Shown one piece after another: positions 31,227-40,713 of a stretch of DNA of 64,000 nt. This DNA comes from Polyangiales bacterium (lineage in GTDB: Bacteria > Myxococcota_A > Polyangia > Polyangiales > Ga0077539). The notes beneath the pieces were generated by a model. It was not told where the DNA came from. It searched no databases and saw only the letters and a program-made list of their open reading frames with translations. A program made the translations under genes and the position numbers. The stretch covers positions 128,001 through 192,000 of the forward strand of contig JBGARZ010000005.1 in the NCBI GenBank assembly GCA_044229975.1. Reading direction: 5' to 3'. The stretch's first letter is position 1, and each line of letters opens with the position of its first letter.

Positions 31227-32420
31227 ATGCACAGTTCATCGAAGGTTCCGTGGATGCTCGGGTTGATGGGTGGACTCGCCGTGGCCTGCGGCAGCAACGC
31301 CGGGACGTCCCCGACGCCGACCATGGACGCCGCGGTCGCGACGGGCGACACCGCGGTCACCCCCGACTCGGGCGCGACCCCCGACACGGGCCCCGCGGGT
31401 CTCGCGGTGCTCGGCAACGGCACCCACAGCGCCGACGCGGTCTCCATCCGCACCATCGCGACGGGCGACGACACGCTCGCCACGCCGCGCGACGTTGCGT
31501 TCAACCCCGAGACGCCGCGTGAGCTCTGGGTGCTCAACTATGCCGACAGCTCGATGACCATCATCCGCAACGCGGGCGCCGCCGATCAAAACGCCGACAA
31601 CCGCGCGGGCCCGCAGCACACGCACTTCATGTCGCACCCGTCGAGCCTGGCCTTCGGCGCGCCGGGCATGCTCGCCACCGCCCACGAGGAAGACCAGCCC
31701 ACGCAGGGCCCCGTCGAGCGCGGCGGCACCCCGGGCAACTTCATGGGCCCCACGCTCTGGCTCTCCGGCTACGACGAGTTCGACGGCGGCCACGCGTCGC
31801 ACATCGACATGCTCCACAACAGCCCCAACGCCGTGGGCATCGCGTGGGAGGTCGACAACGCCTACTGGGTCGTCGACGGCGCTCACCACTCGCTCACCCG
31901 CTACGACTTCCGCATGCCGCACGAGCCCGGCGGCACCGACCACTCAGGCGCGGTCGTGCGGCGCTTCGTCGAGAACGAGATCGGCTATGTCGAGGGCGTC
32001 TCGGCGCACGCGGAGTTCGACCACGAGCGCGGCCTGCTCTACTTCGCCGACCCGGGCAACCACCGCGTCGGCTCGCTCGATCCATCGAATGGGACGATGA
32101 CCACCACCATCACGCCCAACTACGACGGAAGCTCGCAGCGCCGCATGATGGAGGCGTCCACCGTCACCCTCTTCGACGGCAACACCGTCGGCATGGCGAC
32201 CCCGTCGGGCCTCGCGCTCCACGGCGGTCGGCTGTACGTCACCGACAACGCCCGCTCGCGCATCTACGCCATCACCCTCCAGGGGCAGGTGGTCGACTGG
32301 CTCGATCTGTCGGCCACCGTCGAGGCCGGTGGCCTTCAGGGCATCACCCTCGACGAAGAGGGTCGCATCTACGTCGCCGACTCCGTCGGTGACCGCGTGA
32401 TCGAAGTCGCCCCCCGCTGA
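31227..32420 (+). CDS. Lipoprotein, NHL-like beta-propeller, His-rich
   Basis: Lipobox LAVAC; PRDVAF, PSSLAF, PSGLAL, LYVTD, IYVAD blades. Confidence 0.75.
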   Translation: MHSSSKVPWMLGLMGGLAVACGSNAGTSPTPTMDAAVATGDTAVTPDSGATPDTGPAGLAVLGNGTHSADAVSIRTIATGDDTLATPRDVAFNPETPRELWVLNYADSSMTIIRNAGAADQNADNRAGPQHTHFMSHPSSLAFGAPGMLATAHEEDQPTQGPVERGGTPGNFMGPTLWLSGYDEFDGGHASHIDMLHNSPNAVGIAWEVDNAYWVVDGAHHSLTRYDFRMPHEPGGTDHSGAVVRRFVENEIGYVEGVSAHAEFDHERGLLYFADPGNHRVGSLDPSNGTMTTTITPNYDGSSQRRMMEASTVTLFDGNTVGMATPSGLALHGGRLYVTDNARSRIYAITLQGQVVDWLDLSATVEAGGLQGITLDEEGRIYVADSVGDRVIEVAPR

Positions 32421-32423
32421 GCG

Positions 32424-34013
32424 TCACAGCTCGCGACCCGCCAGCCCAACCCCCCGCAACGTCGCCACCAGATCGCCCGTCACCGAGTCCGACGACCGCT
32501 CGCGCCCGTGCAGCGTGAGGTCGCGGAACACGTCACACGAAGACCCCGCCGCGTCGCGGCAGAAGGTCGGGTGCCCGTCGTCCATGCGAACACGGCTGTA
32601 GAGCGGTTGCGTTCCGCGGACGGCCGCGCCCGCCCGGAGCTGCTGCCACTGCGCGGTCGACGTCACGAGCGCCCACACCTCGCCCTGACGCCAACGAACG
32701 CCCTCCATCGACCACGAACGCTCGACCCCCAGCACCAGGTCGAAGCCCTGCACGGCGACCGTTCCGAGGAGCCGCGTCGAGGCGCCCGCGCGGCACCCGT
32801 CGACCTCGAAGTCACCAGGGCCCGTTCCGCGGAAGCACGTCCCCGCGTGCGACCACTCCAGCCGACCCGCGACCGCGCCGGTGCCCACCAGCTGCTCGCA
32901 CATCCCGTCGCGGCAGCTCTCGCCGCAGGTCACCAGCGCGCCTTCGAGCTCCGACGCCGCGCTCGACGCGCCGGGCGCCGACACCCGCCCGACGTAGCCT
33001 CCCGCGCATCGCGCCAGCACCTCGGGGCTCGCGTCGCGCAGGAGGTCCATGGGCTGCGCGAGGCGCACCGACTCCAGCCGTAGACCCGCCGTGGTGCTGA
33101 GCACGCGACGACCGCCCGCCTCGGCCACCGCGAGCACCTCCATCGCCTCGACGTGACGCGCATGGAAGATCTGCGCGCCCAGCGCGAGGCTCCCCTCGAC
33201 GTGCCAGCGATCGCCCACGCGCTCGCAGCGGGTCGCGGGCTGGTTGCCCTCGCACGACAGCCGAACGACACGCCCGTGGTTGCCCGTCACCGCGCGCAGG
33301 TGCGCCGTGCCCGCGCCGAACTCACCGAGATGCACCGTGAGCGTAGGAGCGCCGTCGCTCGCGGGCAGGTCGGCCGCCACCATCAAGCGCTCGCCCTGCT
33401 GCGCCATCCAGAGCGTCGCGCGGTCGGCGATGGTCATTGGCGCGATGGCCGACCACTCTCCGAGCGATCCGTCCACGCTCGCGCCCTCGATGGCGGCGAA
33501 GGTGCGCTGCGGAGCGCCCGGTGCGGCCGCGAGCACATCGGTCACGCGCTGCACCACGAAGCGATCGCCCACCCGATGGAAGCGGGTGATGGGCGACTGC
33601 TCGGGCGGCAACCGCGCGTCGACGAGGCGAACGTGCAGCTCGGCCTGGTGGGCGCCTGCTTCGGTGATGTCGACGATGCGCGCGCGCACCTCGCGCGGCG
33701 ACGACGCGGGGCCGGGCGCGGGGCAGCGGTCGAGGAGCTCGTGGGCCATCTCGGTCCAGCGACCTTCGAGCTGGCCCCAGACGGCCACGCGCTCGGGGGC
33801 GACGGCGCAGCGCGAGGGCTGCTCCGGGGCGCGGGAGCGAATCACGGCGTAGCGGTCGCGGCCGACCTGCGTGCGCGTGACGGAGAGGACGGAGGTTCCG
33901 GCGGGGCCGACGGGGACGATCGCGCCCGGGAGGGACACGGTGACATCGTCGGCGAAGGCGAGCGACGGGAGAGCGAGAGAGACACAGACGACGCCGAGAC
34001 CTGCAACGCGCAT
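32424..34013 (-). CDS. Secreted hypothetical protein with paired Cys
   Basis: Signal peptide ending SLAFA; GGAG RBS; follows the PEGA gene on the same strand. Confidence 0.7.
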   Translation of the reverse strand: MRVAGLGVVCVSLALPSLAFADDVTVSLPGAIVPVGPAGTSVLSVTRTQVGRDRYAVIRSRAPEQPSRCAVAPERVAVWGQLEGRWTEMAHELLDRCPAPGPASSPREVRARIVDITEAGAHQAELHVRLVDARLPPEQSPITRFHRVGDRFVVQRVTDVLAAAPGAPQRTFAAIEGASVDGSLGEWSAIAPMTIADRATLWMAQQGERLMVAADLPASDGAPTLTVHLGEFGAGTAHLRAVTGNHGRVVRLSCEGNQPATRCERVGDRWHVEGSLALGAQIFHARHVEAMEVLAVAEAGGRRVLSTTAGLRLESVRLAQPMDLLRDASPEVLARCAGGYVGRVSAPGASSAASELEGALVTCGESCRDGMCEQLVGTGAVAGRLEWSHAGTCFRGTGPGDFEVDGCRAGASTRLLGTVAVQGFDLVLGVERSWSMEGVRWRQGEVWALVTSTAQWQQLRAGAAVRGTQPLYSRVRMDDGHPTFCRDAAGSSCDVFRDLTLHGRERSSDSVTGDLVATLRGVGLAGREL

Positions 34014-34156
34014 GGAGAACTCCTGGTGGGGGGTTTCGAGGACGAGAGGACCCGATCCGCCGTCGCGAGGGTCGCGTCGGGGCGGTCGGTCCGTCACCTC
34101 TCTGGTATCGGTCAACGGACCGATTTCCTCGAGGTGGGCGCGTGATTTCGGTGGGT

Positions 34157-35620
34157 CTAGAAACTCCAGCCGAGCTGAAGGTGCTGCGGTGTGAACGCGA
34201 CGCGGGGCATGAGCGCAGAGGCGTGTCGCTCGAAGCGCGAGCCCGACGGCGCGCCCGCGAGCAGCACGATGCCGACGACGGACGTGACGAGCCCGGCGCC
34301 CATGATGCCGACGGCCGTGTAGCGGAGGATGTTGGAGTTATCGACGTCGGTCTGTGCGTTGATGACGTTGGTGCGCAGCGTCTCTTGCGGGGTGTTGTTG
34401 GGCTGGCAGAGCGCGAGGTTTCCGCACGCGGCGAGCTGGCCGTTGAGTGTGTTGAAGGTCTCGGTGTTGGCGCTCAACGTGGACTCGTTGACGATGAAGA
34501 AGGCCGCGCCGCCGCCGATGATCGCCGCCCCGACGCCCAGCACCACACCGCCCGTGATGAGCGCGCGGCGGCGGGAGGAGTTGTGCGCCTCGCGGTGCGC
34601 GGGCGTCGGCATCAAGAACACCGAGATGGCGTTGTCGCGCCCCGCGCCGAGGTCGACCTCGCGCTCGTCGGGGAGGAAGTCGGTGCGCTCCACGCGCAGC
34701 GTGTGGCGGCCCGGCGGGACGAGCGTCGAGCCGTCGCTCGCGAGGCGTCGGCCGTCGATGAGGGTGATGGTGTCGGGCTCGTTGGCGTGCACGGTGACGC
34801 GCGCGCCGACGTCGCGGGGCATCGGGTCGCTCCACGAGAGCGAGGCGCTGACGCGGGCGCCGGCGCCGACGGAGTTCACGTCGGTCTCGTAGGTGGTGTA
34901 CCCGGCGCGGCGCACCACGACGTGGTGGCTGCCCTCGGGCACCGGCAGCGGCGAGGTGACGGGGGTGTTGGCGAGGCTGCGGCCGTCGACCAGCACCTCG
35001 GCGCCCGGCACGTTGCACTCCACCGCCATGAACGCCCGCTCGGGCACGAGCGGCTCGGAGATGACGATGGTGCTGCCGCCGCTCACGTCGAACTCCGCCT
35101 CGCGCGACTGGTAGTGCGGCGCCGCGAGCGAGACGCGGTGACGCCCCGCCGCCACGCGGATCTCCACGTTGCCCGAGGAGGGCGGGCGCTGGAGGCCGTC
35201 GATGCGCACGTCGAGGCCCGCGGCCTCGAAGCGGACGACGATGGTGCCGATGCGCGAGCGCAGTCGGCCGAGGGCGGCGTCGACGTCGGCGCGGCGCTGC
35301 TGCACCGTGGCGGGCGGGGCGCGGCGCTCGTAGTCGAGCATGGCGTCGAGGGCCTCGACGAAGTGCCCGGTGAGCTCGTGCGTCGCGCTGATGTTGAAGA
35401 GCACCGCGGGGTTGCGCGTGAGCTCGTACGCCCGGAGAAACTCCGCCATCGCGGCGTCGTAGTTGCGCTCCTCGAAGAGGTCGATGCCGCGCTGGTAGCG
35501 CTGCCTCGCCTCGGCGATGGCGGCCGGCGACGTCGCGGGCTGCGGCGGCTGCTGCGCGAGCGCGGCCGTGGGGCAGAGGGAGAGGCACAGGGCGAGGGTG
35601 GCTCGATGCAGTCGTCGCAT
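34157..35620 (-). CDS. Secreted TPR + multi-PEGA domain protein
   Basis: Signal peptide; TPR (ARQRYQRGIDLFEERNYDAAMAEF..AYEL); PEGA repeats (NVPGAEVLVDG, PPGRHTLRVER); ends LQLGWSF. Confidence 0.88.
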   Translation of the reverse strand: MRRLHRATLALCLSLCPTAALAQQPPQPATSPAAIAEARQRYQRGIDLFEERNYDAAMAEFLRAYELTRNPAVLFNISATHELTGHFVEALDAMLDYERRAPPATVQQRRADVDAALGRLRSRIGTIVVRFEAAGLDVRIDGLQRPPSSGNVEIRVAAGRHRVSLAAPHYQSREAEFDVSGGSTIVISEPLVPERAFMAVECNVPGAEVLVDGRSLANTPVTSPLPVPEGSHHVVVRRAGYTTYETDVNSVGAGARVSASLSWSDPMPRDVGARVTVHANEPDTITLIDGRRLASDGSTLVPPGRHTLRVERTDFLPDEREVDLGAGRDNAISVFLMPTPAHREAHNSSRRRALITGGVVLGVGAAIIGGGAAFFIVNESTLSANTETFNTLNGQLAACGNLALCQPNNTPQETLRTNVINAQTDVDNSNILRYTAVGIMGAGLVTSVVGIVLLAGAPSGSRFERHASALMPRVAFTPQHLQLGWSF

Positions 35621-35631
35621 GGCGGTGCCGA

Positions 35632-37230
35632 TTACTCGAAAGGGTTGTTGCGGTCGATGTTGGGGTGACGACGGTCGTGGGGATTGCCCGCCGGGACGAG
35701 CGCGGGCACCAGGGTCGGAGTCGCGGGCGGGGCCTGGCGCACGATGACCGTGGTGGGCCCCGGAGGCGGCGTCGTCGGGGCGTTGAGCGGCGCGAGCACG
35801 CGCGAGATGCGGGCGTCGGCGGCGGCCACGAGCACGTCGCTCACGTTGGCGTGACCCGGCGCGCTCAGCCGGAGCTGGTAGCGACGACCATCGCGCGGAC
35901 GGAGGATCTCGGCGTGGCCCTGACCGACGACCACGCCGTCGACGGCGATGGTGGCGGTGGGCGGGTCGACGTCGACGCGGAAGGTGATGTTGTCGCCATC
36001 GGTCACGGTGCGCGGCGGGTTGTGGGCGACCGGCACCGCGGGGCGGGCGTTGGACCGGTGGCGCGACACACCCACAGAGACGGCGAGCGCGACCATCGCC
36101 AGCGCGATGACGCCGATGACGCCGGCGACCCACGGGAGAGCGCCACTGCCGGGCATGGCGGTGGTGGTCGTGAGCGACGGCGGCGGCGAGGTCGGCTGAA
36201 CGACCTCGGGCGCCACAGGCAGTGGTGCGCGGGCGAGCGCGGCGCGGCGGGCGTCGGTGGCGCCGGGCGTCCCGTCGGGGCGCGTCTGCTGGTGGGCGAC
36301 GGGAGCGGGCGCGCCGGGGCGTACCGCGAAGCCGCGCACCTGGAGATCGCGGAAGGGAGCGAGCGCGTCGCGGAGGTCGTAGAGGGAGGCGAAGCGGTGC
36401 GAGGGCTCGTACGCGAGGGCGCGCATCACGACGGCCGCGAGGGCGGGGTCGAGGTCGGGGCGCAGCAGGCGGATGTCCTGCGGAGGCCCGGATACGATGG
36501 CCACCAGCATCGCGGGGTAGGCGTCGGCGTAGTGGGGGACGGTGCCGGTGAGGGCCTCGTACATGATCGCGCCGAGGGCGTACTGGTCGGCGGCGGGGGT
36601 GACGTTCTTGGAGCCGCCGGTGGCCTGCTCCGGGGGCATGTACGCGGGCGTGCCGAGGATCATCCCGGTCGCGGTGAGCGTGACGTCGTCGGTGACGATG
36701 CGCTTGGCGATGCCGAAGTCGATGAGCTTCGGGATGATCTGGTCGTCGCCGGGGGTGCGGGTGAGGAAGATGTTCTGCGGTTTGACGTCGCGGTGCACGA
36801 TGCCGCGGCCGTGGGCGAGCGCGAGGGCCGAGATGATCGGTTCGAGCAGGCGGACGATGGTGCCCGGCGCGACGGGCGCCTCGCGCTTGAGCAGCGCCCC
36901 GAGGCTCTCGCCTTCGAGAAACTCCATCACCATGAAGAGGCGGCCGTCGTCGTTGCCGAAGTCGATGACCTCCACGATGTTCTTGTGGCGAACCTCGTTG
37001 GAGGTGCGGGCCTCCTGGAGGAAGCGCTGCGGCACCGCGGGGTTGGACATCGCGATCTCGGGCAGCAGCAGCTTCACCGCGACGGTGCGCTGGATCGTCC
37101 GGTGACGCGCCTCGAACACCGCGCCGGTGCCGCCGACCCCGAGCAGGCGAATGACCTCGTAGCGGCCGCCGATGATGTCGCCCGGTGAGACACCGAGCGG
37201 GCGTTCGGTCGGCGAGGGGTTGGGGCGCAT
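35632..37230 (-). CDS. Hanks-type Ser/Thr kinase with TM and periplasmic PEGA-like domain
   Basis: GVGGTG, VAVKLL, HRDVKPQN, DFG, GTPAYMPPEQ; TM; VDPPTATIAVDG; ends NNPFE. Confidence 0.95.
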   Translation of the reverse strand: MRPNPSPTERPLGVSPGDIIGGRYEVIRLLGVGGTGAVFEARHRTIQRTVAVKLLLPEIAMSNPAVPQRFLQEARTSNEVRHKNIVEVIDFGNDDGRLFMVMEFLEGESLGALLKREAPVAPGTIVRLLEPIISALALAHGRGIVHRDVKPQNIFLTRTPGDDQIIPKLIDFGIAKRIVTDDVTLTATGMILGTPAYMPPEQATGGSKNVTPAADQYALGAIMYEALTGTVPHYADAYPAMLVAIVSGPPQDIRLLRPDLDPALAAVVMRALAYEPSHRFASLYDLRDALAPFRDLQVRGFAVRPGAPAPVAHQQTRPDGTPGATDARRAALARAPLPVAPEVVQPTSPPPSLTTTTAMPGSGALPWVAGVIGVIALAMVALAVSVGVSRHRSNARPAVPVAHNPPRTVTDGDNITFRVDVDPPTATIAVDGVVVGQGHAEILRPRDGRRYQLRLSAPGHANVSDVLVAAADARISRVLAPLNAPTTPPPGPTTVIVRQAPPATPTLVPALVPAGNPHDRRHPNIDRNNPFE

Positions 37231-37297
37231 CGGAGGAGTCGCAGCCTAGCGGAACCCGCGGCGGCCTGTCGCGGCCAACTGCGCGCGGGCGGTTCGG

Positions 37298-37921
37298 TCA
37301 GCCGATGGAGCCGGCGTCCATGCCCGTGTCGGTGCTGGTGCCCGCGTCGGTGCCGGTGTCGATCGTCGTGCCCGTGTCCGTCGTGGTGCCGGTGTCGGAG
37401 CCGGCGCCCGCGTCCGTGGTGGTGCCCGTGTCGGTCGTCGACCCGGTGTCGGTGCTGGCGGTGCCCGTGTCGACCGCCTGGCTCATGCCGCCGTCGCGGA
37501 ACGAGCAGGTCCCGACCCCTTCGACCATGTTGCAGGTGGAGCCGGGGTCGAGCGAGATGGCCTGGCAGTCGCGGTTTTCGCGGCACTGGGCCGAGCAGCG
37601 GCCGTCGATGTTGCAGACGAGCGGCGAGGCGCACTCCGAGTGGTAGACGCAGTAGCCGTTGTCGCCCGTGGGGAGGCAGGCGCCGACGTTGCCCTGGGCG
37701 GCGGTGCGGCAGGTGGTGCCGGCGGGACAGTCGCGGCTGCGGGTCTCGACCGGGGCGGCGAGGTTGCACTGGTTGCGGCAGTAGCGACCGGCGCAGATGA
37801 GCCCGTCGTCACAGTCGGAGTTGAAGACGCATTGGCCGTTGATGGGCTGCTTGCTCTTGCAGCCGGGCGCAACGACGCCGAGGAGCGCGAGAACCAGCCA
37901 CGAACCACGAAGCGTCGACAT
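37298..37921 (-). CDS. Cys-rich lipoprotein with TTDTG-repeat tail
   Basis: Lipobox VAPGC; CxxxxDC/CxxxxEC repeats; C-terminal (T/S)xD(T/A)G repeats. Confidence 0.8.
   Translation of the reverse strand: MSTLRGSWLVLALLGVVAPGCKSKQPINGQCVFNSDCDDGLICAGRYCRNQCNLAAPVETRSRDCPAGTTCRTAAQGNVGACLPTGDNGYCVYHSECASPLVCNIDGRCSAQCRENRDCQAISLDPGSTCNMVEGVGTCSFRDGGMSQAVDTGTASTDTGSTTDTGTTTDAGAGSDTGTTTDTGTTIDTGTDAGTSTDTGMDAGSIG
37311..37472 (-). repeat. Imperfect ~18-bp coding tandem repeat (TTDTGT-like)
   Basis: Repeated gtgcccgtgtcggt-like units at the 3' end of the lipoprotein gene; bounds approximate. Confidence 0.7.
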
Positions 37922-38059
37922 TGCCATCACACCTTTGACCGCGAGGAAGAGGATTGGGCCCATCAACCGGACCACACCGGCCCGCCGACCGGCGACGGTG
38001 GGACTAGAACCCCAAGCGGGGCGGTCGCGCAAGGGCGCAGGCAGGATAGGATCGCGCCC

Positions 38060-39637
38060 GTGTTGACGGCGCGAGCCCGGGTGCTGCTGCGGGGACTGTT
38101 GCTGGCCGCGGTGGTGGTGGCGTCCGGGTTTCTGGCGTGGTGGTCGTGGCACACCTCCTCGGGGCTCGCGAAGACGGGCGAGCAGTCGGTCATCGAGAGC
38201 ACGGTGCTGCTGGTGCGCGAGAAGGTCGACCGCGTCGAGCGCACGCTCATCGACGGCGACAACGCGGTGCTGCCCCTCGTCCATCCCGACGACCTCGACG
38301 ACTTCGCGCAGCGGTGGCCCACCATGGCGGGGCGCATCTCGCCGACGGTGCGCTCGGTGGTGGTGCTCGACGAGGCGCTCCGACCGTTGCGCGTGATCGC
38401 CCACCGCGACGACGACGACCGCAGCGAGCTCCTCGGCTGGATCAACGACTGGTTCAACGGGCGGCTGCCGAAGCAGCCCGGGGACGTCCTGCCTCCCGCC
38501 TCGGTCCCGGGCACCTACGGCCACTGGCACGGCACCGTCGGCGGGCGGAGCCTGCTGATGTCCTTCTTCGTCGGCCAGACCGGGGGCAGGCCGTACTACG
38601 TCGTGCTGGAGGGCGACCTCGACTACGTGCGCAACGAGCTGCTCTCCAGGCTCTTCGACGACCCGCGCGCGCGCGGCCGGTACAACGTCACCGACCCCGA
38701 GGCGCACCAGTTCGTGGTGGGGCGGGCGCTCACCGCCAACCGCCAGTTTCTCGTGTCGACGCAGTTTCCGACCACGCTCTACAAGTGGCACCTCACCGTG
38801 GTCCCCGGGCTGACGGAGCAGCTCGAAGAGCGCAAGAAGCGGCAGCGCGTCGTCGAGGCGTCGTTCGTGGGCGCGTCGCTGCTGGTGATCCTCGTGGGGG
38901 TGTCGTTTCTGCTCTACGCCGCGCGGCAGGAGCAGCAGCTCAACACGCTCAAGAGCGACTTCATCGCGACGGTGTCGCACGAGCTCAAGACCCCGCTGTC
39001 GCTCATTCGCATGTTCGGCGAGATGCTCTCGGGCGACCGCGCGCCCACCGAGGAGAAGCGTCGGCAGTACCTGGAGATCATCGTGCGCGAGAGCGAGCGG
39101 CTCACCGCGCTCATCGAAAACGTCCTCGACTTCGCGCGCCTCGAACAGGGCGGCGCGGCCTACGAGTTCATCACCTCCGACCTCGGGGCGACGGTGCAGC
39201 GCGAGGTGGAGACGTTCCGCTTTCGGGCGCACCGCGAGCGGCCCGCGCTGGTGGTGGAGGTCGAGCCGGGCGTCGCGCCGGTGCGACTCGACGGGCGCGC
39301 GATGCAGGTGCTGCTGTTCAACCTGCTCGACAACGCGTTCAAGTACGCGGGCGACACCGACGCCGTGGTGGTGCGTGTCCGGCAGGAGGGCGCGCGCGCC
39401 GTGGTCGAAGTGGAAGACCATGGCCCCGGCATCGACCCCGAGGAGGGTCGGCGCATCTTCGAGCGCTTCTACCGCGGCAAGGCGGTTCGGTCGGGCGGGC
39501 CGCGCGGCACCGGCATCGGGCTGTCGCTCGTGCAGCAGATCGCGCGAGCGCACGGCGGCGACGTGACGGTGCACCCGGTCGCGCCCACAGGGACGGCGTT
39601 TCGGGTGGCGATCGCGGTGGAGAAGGCGGTCGGTTAG
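38060..39637 (+). CDS. Membrane sensor histidine kinase (no adjacent response regulator)
   Basis: Two TMs; VSHELKTPL H-box; NLLDNAFKY, DHGPGI, GTGIGL; GTG start inferred. Confidence 0.93.
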   Translation: MLTARARVLLRGLLLAAVVVASGFLAWWSWHTSSGLAKTGEQSVIESTVLLVREKVDRVERTLIDGDNAVLPLVHPDDLDDFAQRWPTMAGRISPTVRSVVVLDEALRPLRVIAHRDDDDRSELLGWINDWFNGRLPKQPGDVLPPASVPGTYGHWHGTVGGRSLLMSFFVGQTGGRPYYVVLEGDLDYVRNELLSRLFDDPRARGRYNVTDPEAHQFVVGRALTANRQFLVSTQFPTTLYKWHLTVVPGLTEQLEERKKRQRVVEASFVGASLLVILVGVSFLLYAARQEQQLNTLKSDFIATVSHELKTPLSLIRMFGEMLSGDRAPTEEKRRQYLEIIVRESERLTALIENVLDFARLEQGGAAYEFITSDLGATVQREVETFRFRAHRERPALVVEVEPGVAPVRLDGRAMQVLLFNLLDNAFKYAGDTDAVVVRVRQEGARAVVEVEDHGPGIDPEEGRRIFERFYRGKAVRSGGPRGTGIGLSLVQQIARAHGGDVTVHPVAPTGTAFRVAIAVEKAVG

Positions 39638-40566
39638 GGAGCGACGGGGTCGTCGCTCACCATGCGGTTGCGGCCCGCGTCCTTGGCCGCGTAGAGCAGC
39701 GCGTCGGCCCGCTCCAGCAGCGCCTCGGGGGCGACCATCGAGGGTTGCAGCGTGACCACGCCAAACGACGCGGTGATCTGCACGGTGGCGCCGTCGACGT
39801 CCCAGCGCGCGGTGCGGATGCGGTCCTGGAGGTCGCGCGCGAGCACCGTGGCGCCGGTGAGCTCGGTCTCGGGCAGCAGGATGGCGAACTCCTCACCGCC
39901 CAGGCGACCGAGGGACTCCTCGCGACGGACGCGCGCCAGGATGATGCCGGCGAAGTCGCGCAGCACGGTGTCGCCCGCGAGGTGGCCGTGGTGGTCGTTG
40001 ACGGACTTGAAGTAGTCGAGGTCGATGAGCACCAGCGACAGCGGGCGGTGGTAGCGGCGCGCGCGGCGAAACTCGCTGTCGAGGCGCTCGCGGAAGGCCG
40101 AGTGGGTGAGCGCGCGGGTGAGCCCGTCGGTGATCATCGCGGTGCGGATGGTCGTGAAGTACTGCCCCTCCACGTCGCTCGCGCCGATGTACTTGAACAC
40201 CGTCCCCGCGATCTGGATGCGGTCGCCGCTCTCCAGGCGGCGCACCTCGATGCGGGCGTCGTTGACGAGCGTTCCGTTGGTGCTGTGGTCGTCGACGACC
40301 CACCACTCGCCGGCGCGGTGCTCGACGAAGGCGTGCGTGCGAGAGGCGCGCGGCTGGTTGAGCAGCACGGCGCAGCCCTCCCCGCGGCCGATGGCGTAGC
40401 GCCCGGTGAGGGGGTCGAGCTCATAGCGTCGACAGACCTCGCGCAGGTCGGTCGAGTGAACGATGACGAGGGAGCTCAGCGCCGGGGCGGGCCACGCGAC
40501 GACGGGTGCCACCGCGAGGAGGTTGGGCTCGGTGACGCGCTGCCGGTCGGCGCTCTCCAGGGGCAT
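39634..40566 (-). CDS. FHA-GGDEF diguanylate cyclase
   Basis: FHA (IGR, ASRTHA, STNGT); DLDYFKSVNDHHGHLAGD; RLGGEEF. Confidence 0.92.
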   Translation of the reverse strand: MPLESADRQRVTEPNLLAVAPVVAWPAPALSSLVIVHSTDLREVCRRYELDPLTGRYAIGRGEGCAVLLNQPRASRTHAFVEHRAGEWWVVDDHSTNGTLVNDARIEVRRLESGDRIQIAGTVFKYIGASDVEGQYFTTIRTAMITDGLTRALTHSAFRERLDSEFRRARRYHRPLSLVLIDLDYFKSVNDHHGHLAGDTVLRDFAGIILARVRREESLGRLGGEEFAILLPETELTGATVLARDLQDRIRTARWDVDGATVQITASFGVVTLQPSMVAPEALLERADALLYAAKDAGRNRMVSDDPVAP

Positions 40567-40713
40567 GTGTGAGCGTCGGGATTTCACGCGTGATTCATCG
40601 CTCGCCGGGACCCTAGGCGGACGTCGAAGGAGACGTCAAACCACACGCACGTCCACCGCCGTGCGGTGGATCATTGGCGTCGAGGCGGGCACCTGGGGCA
40701 TACGGTCTGGACC

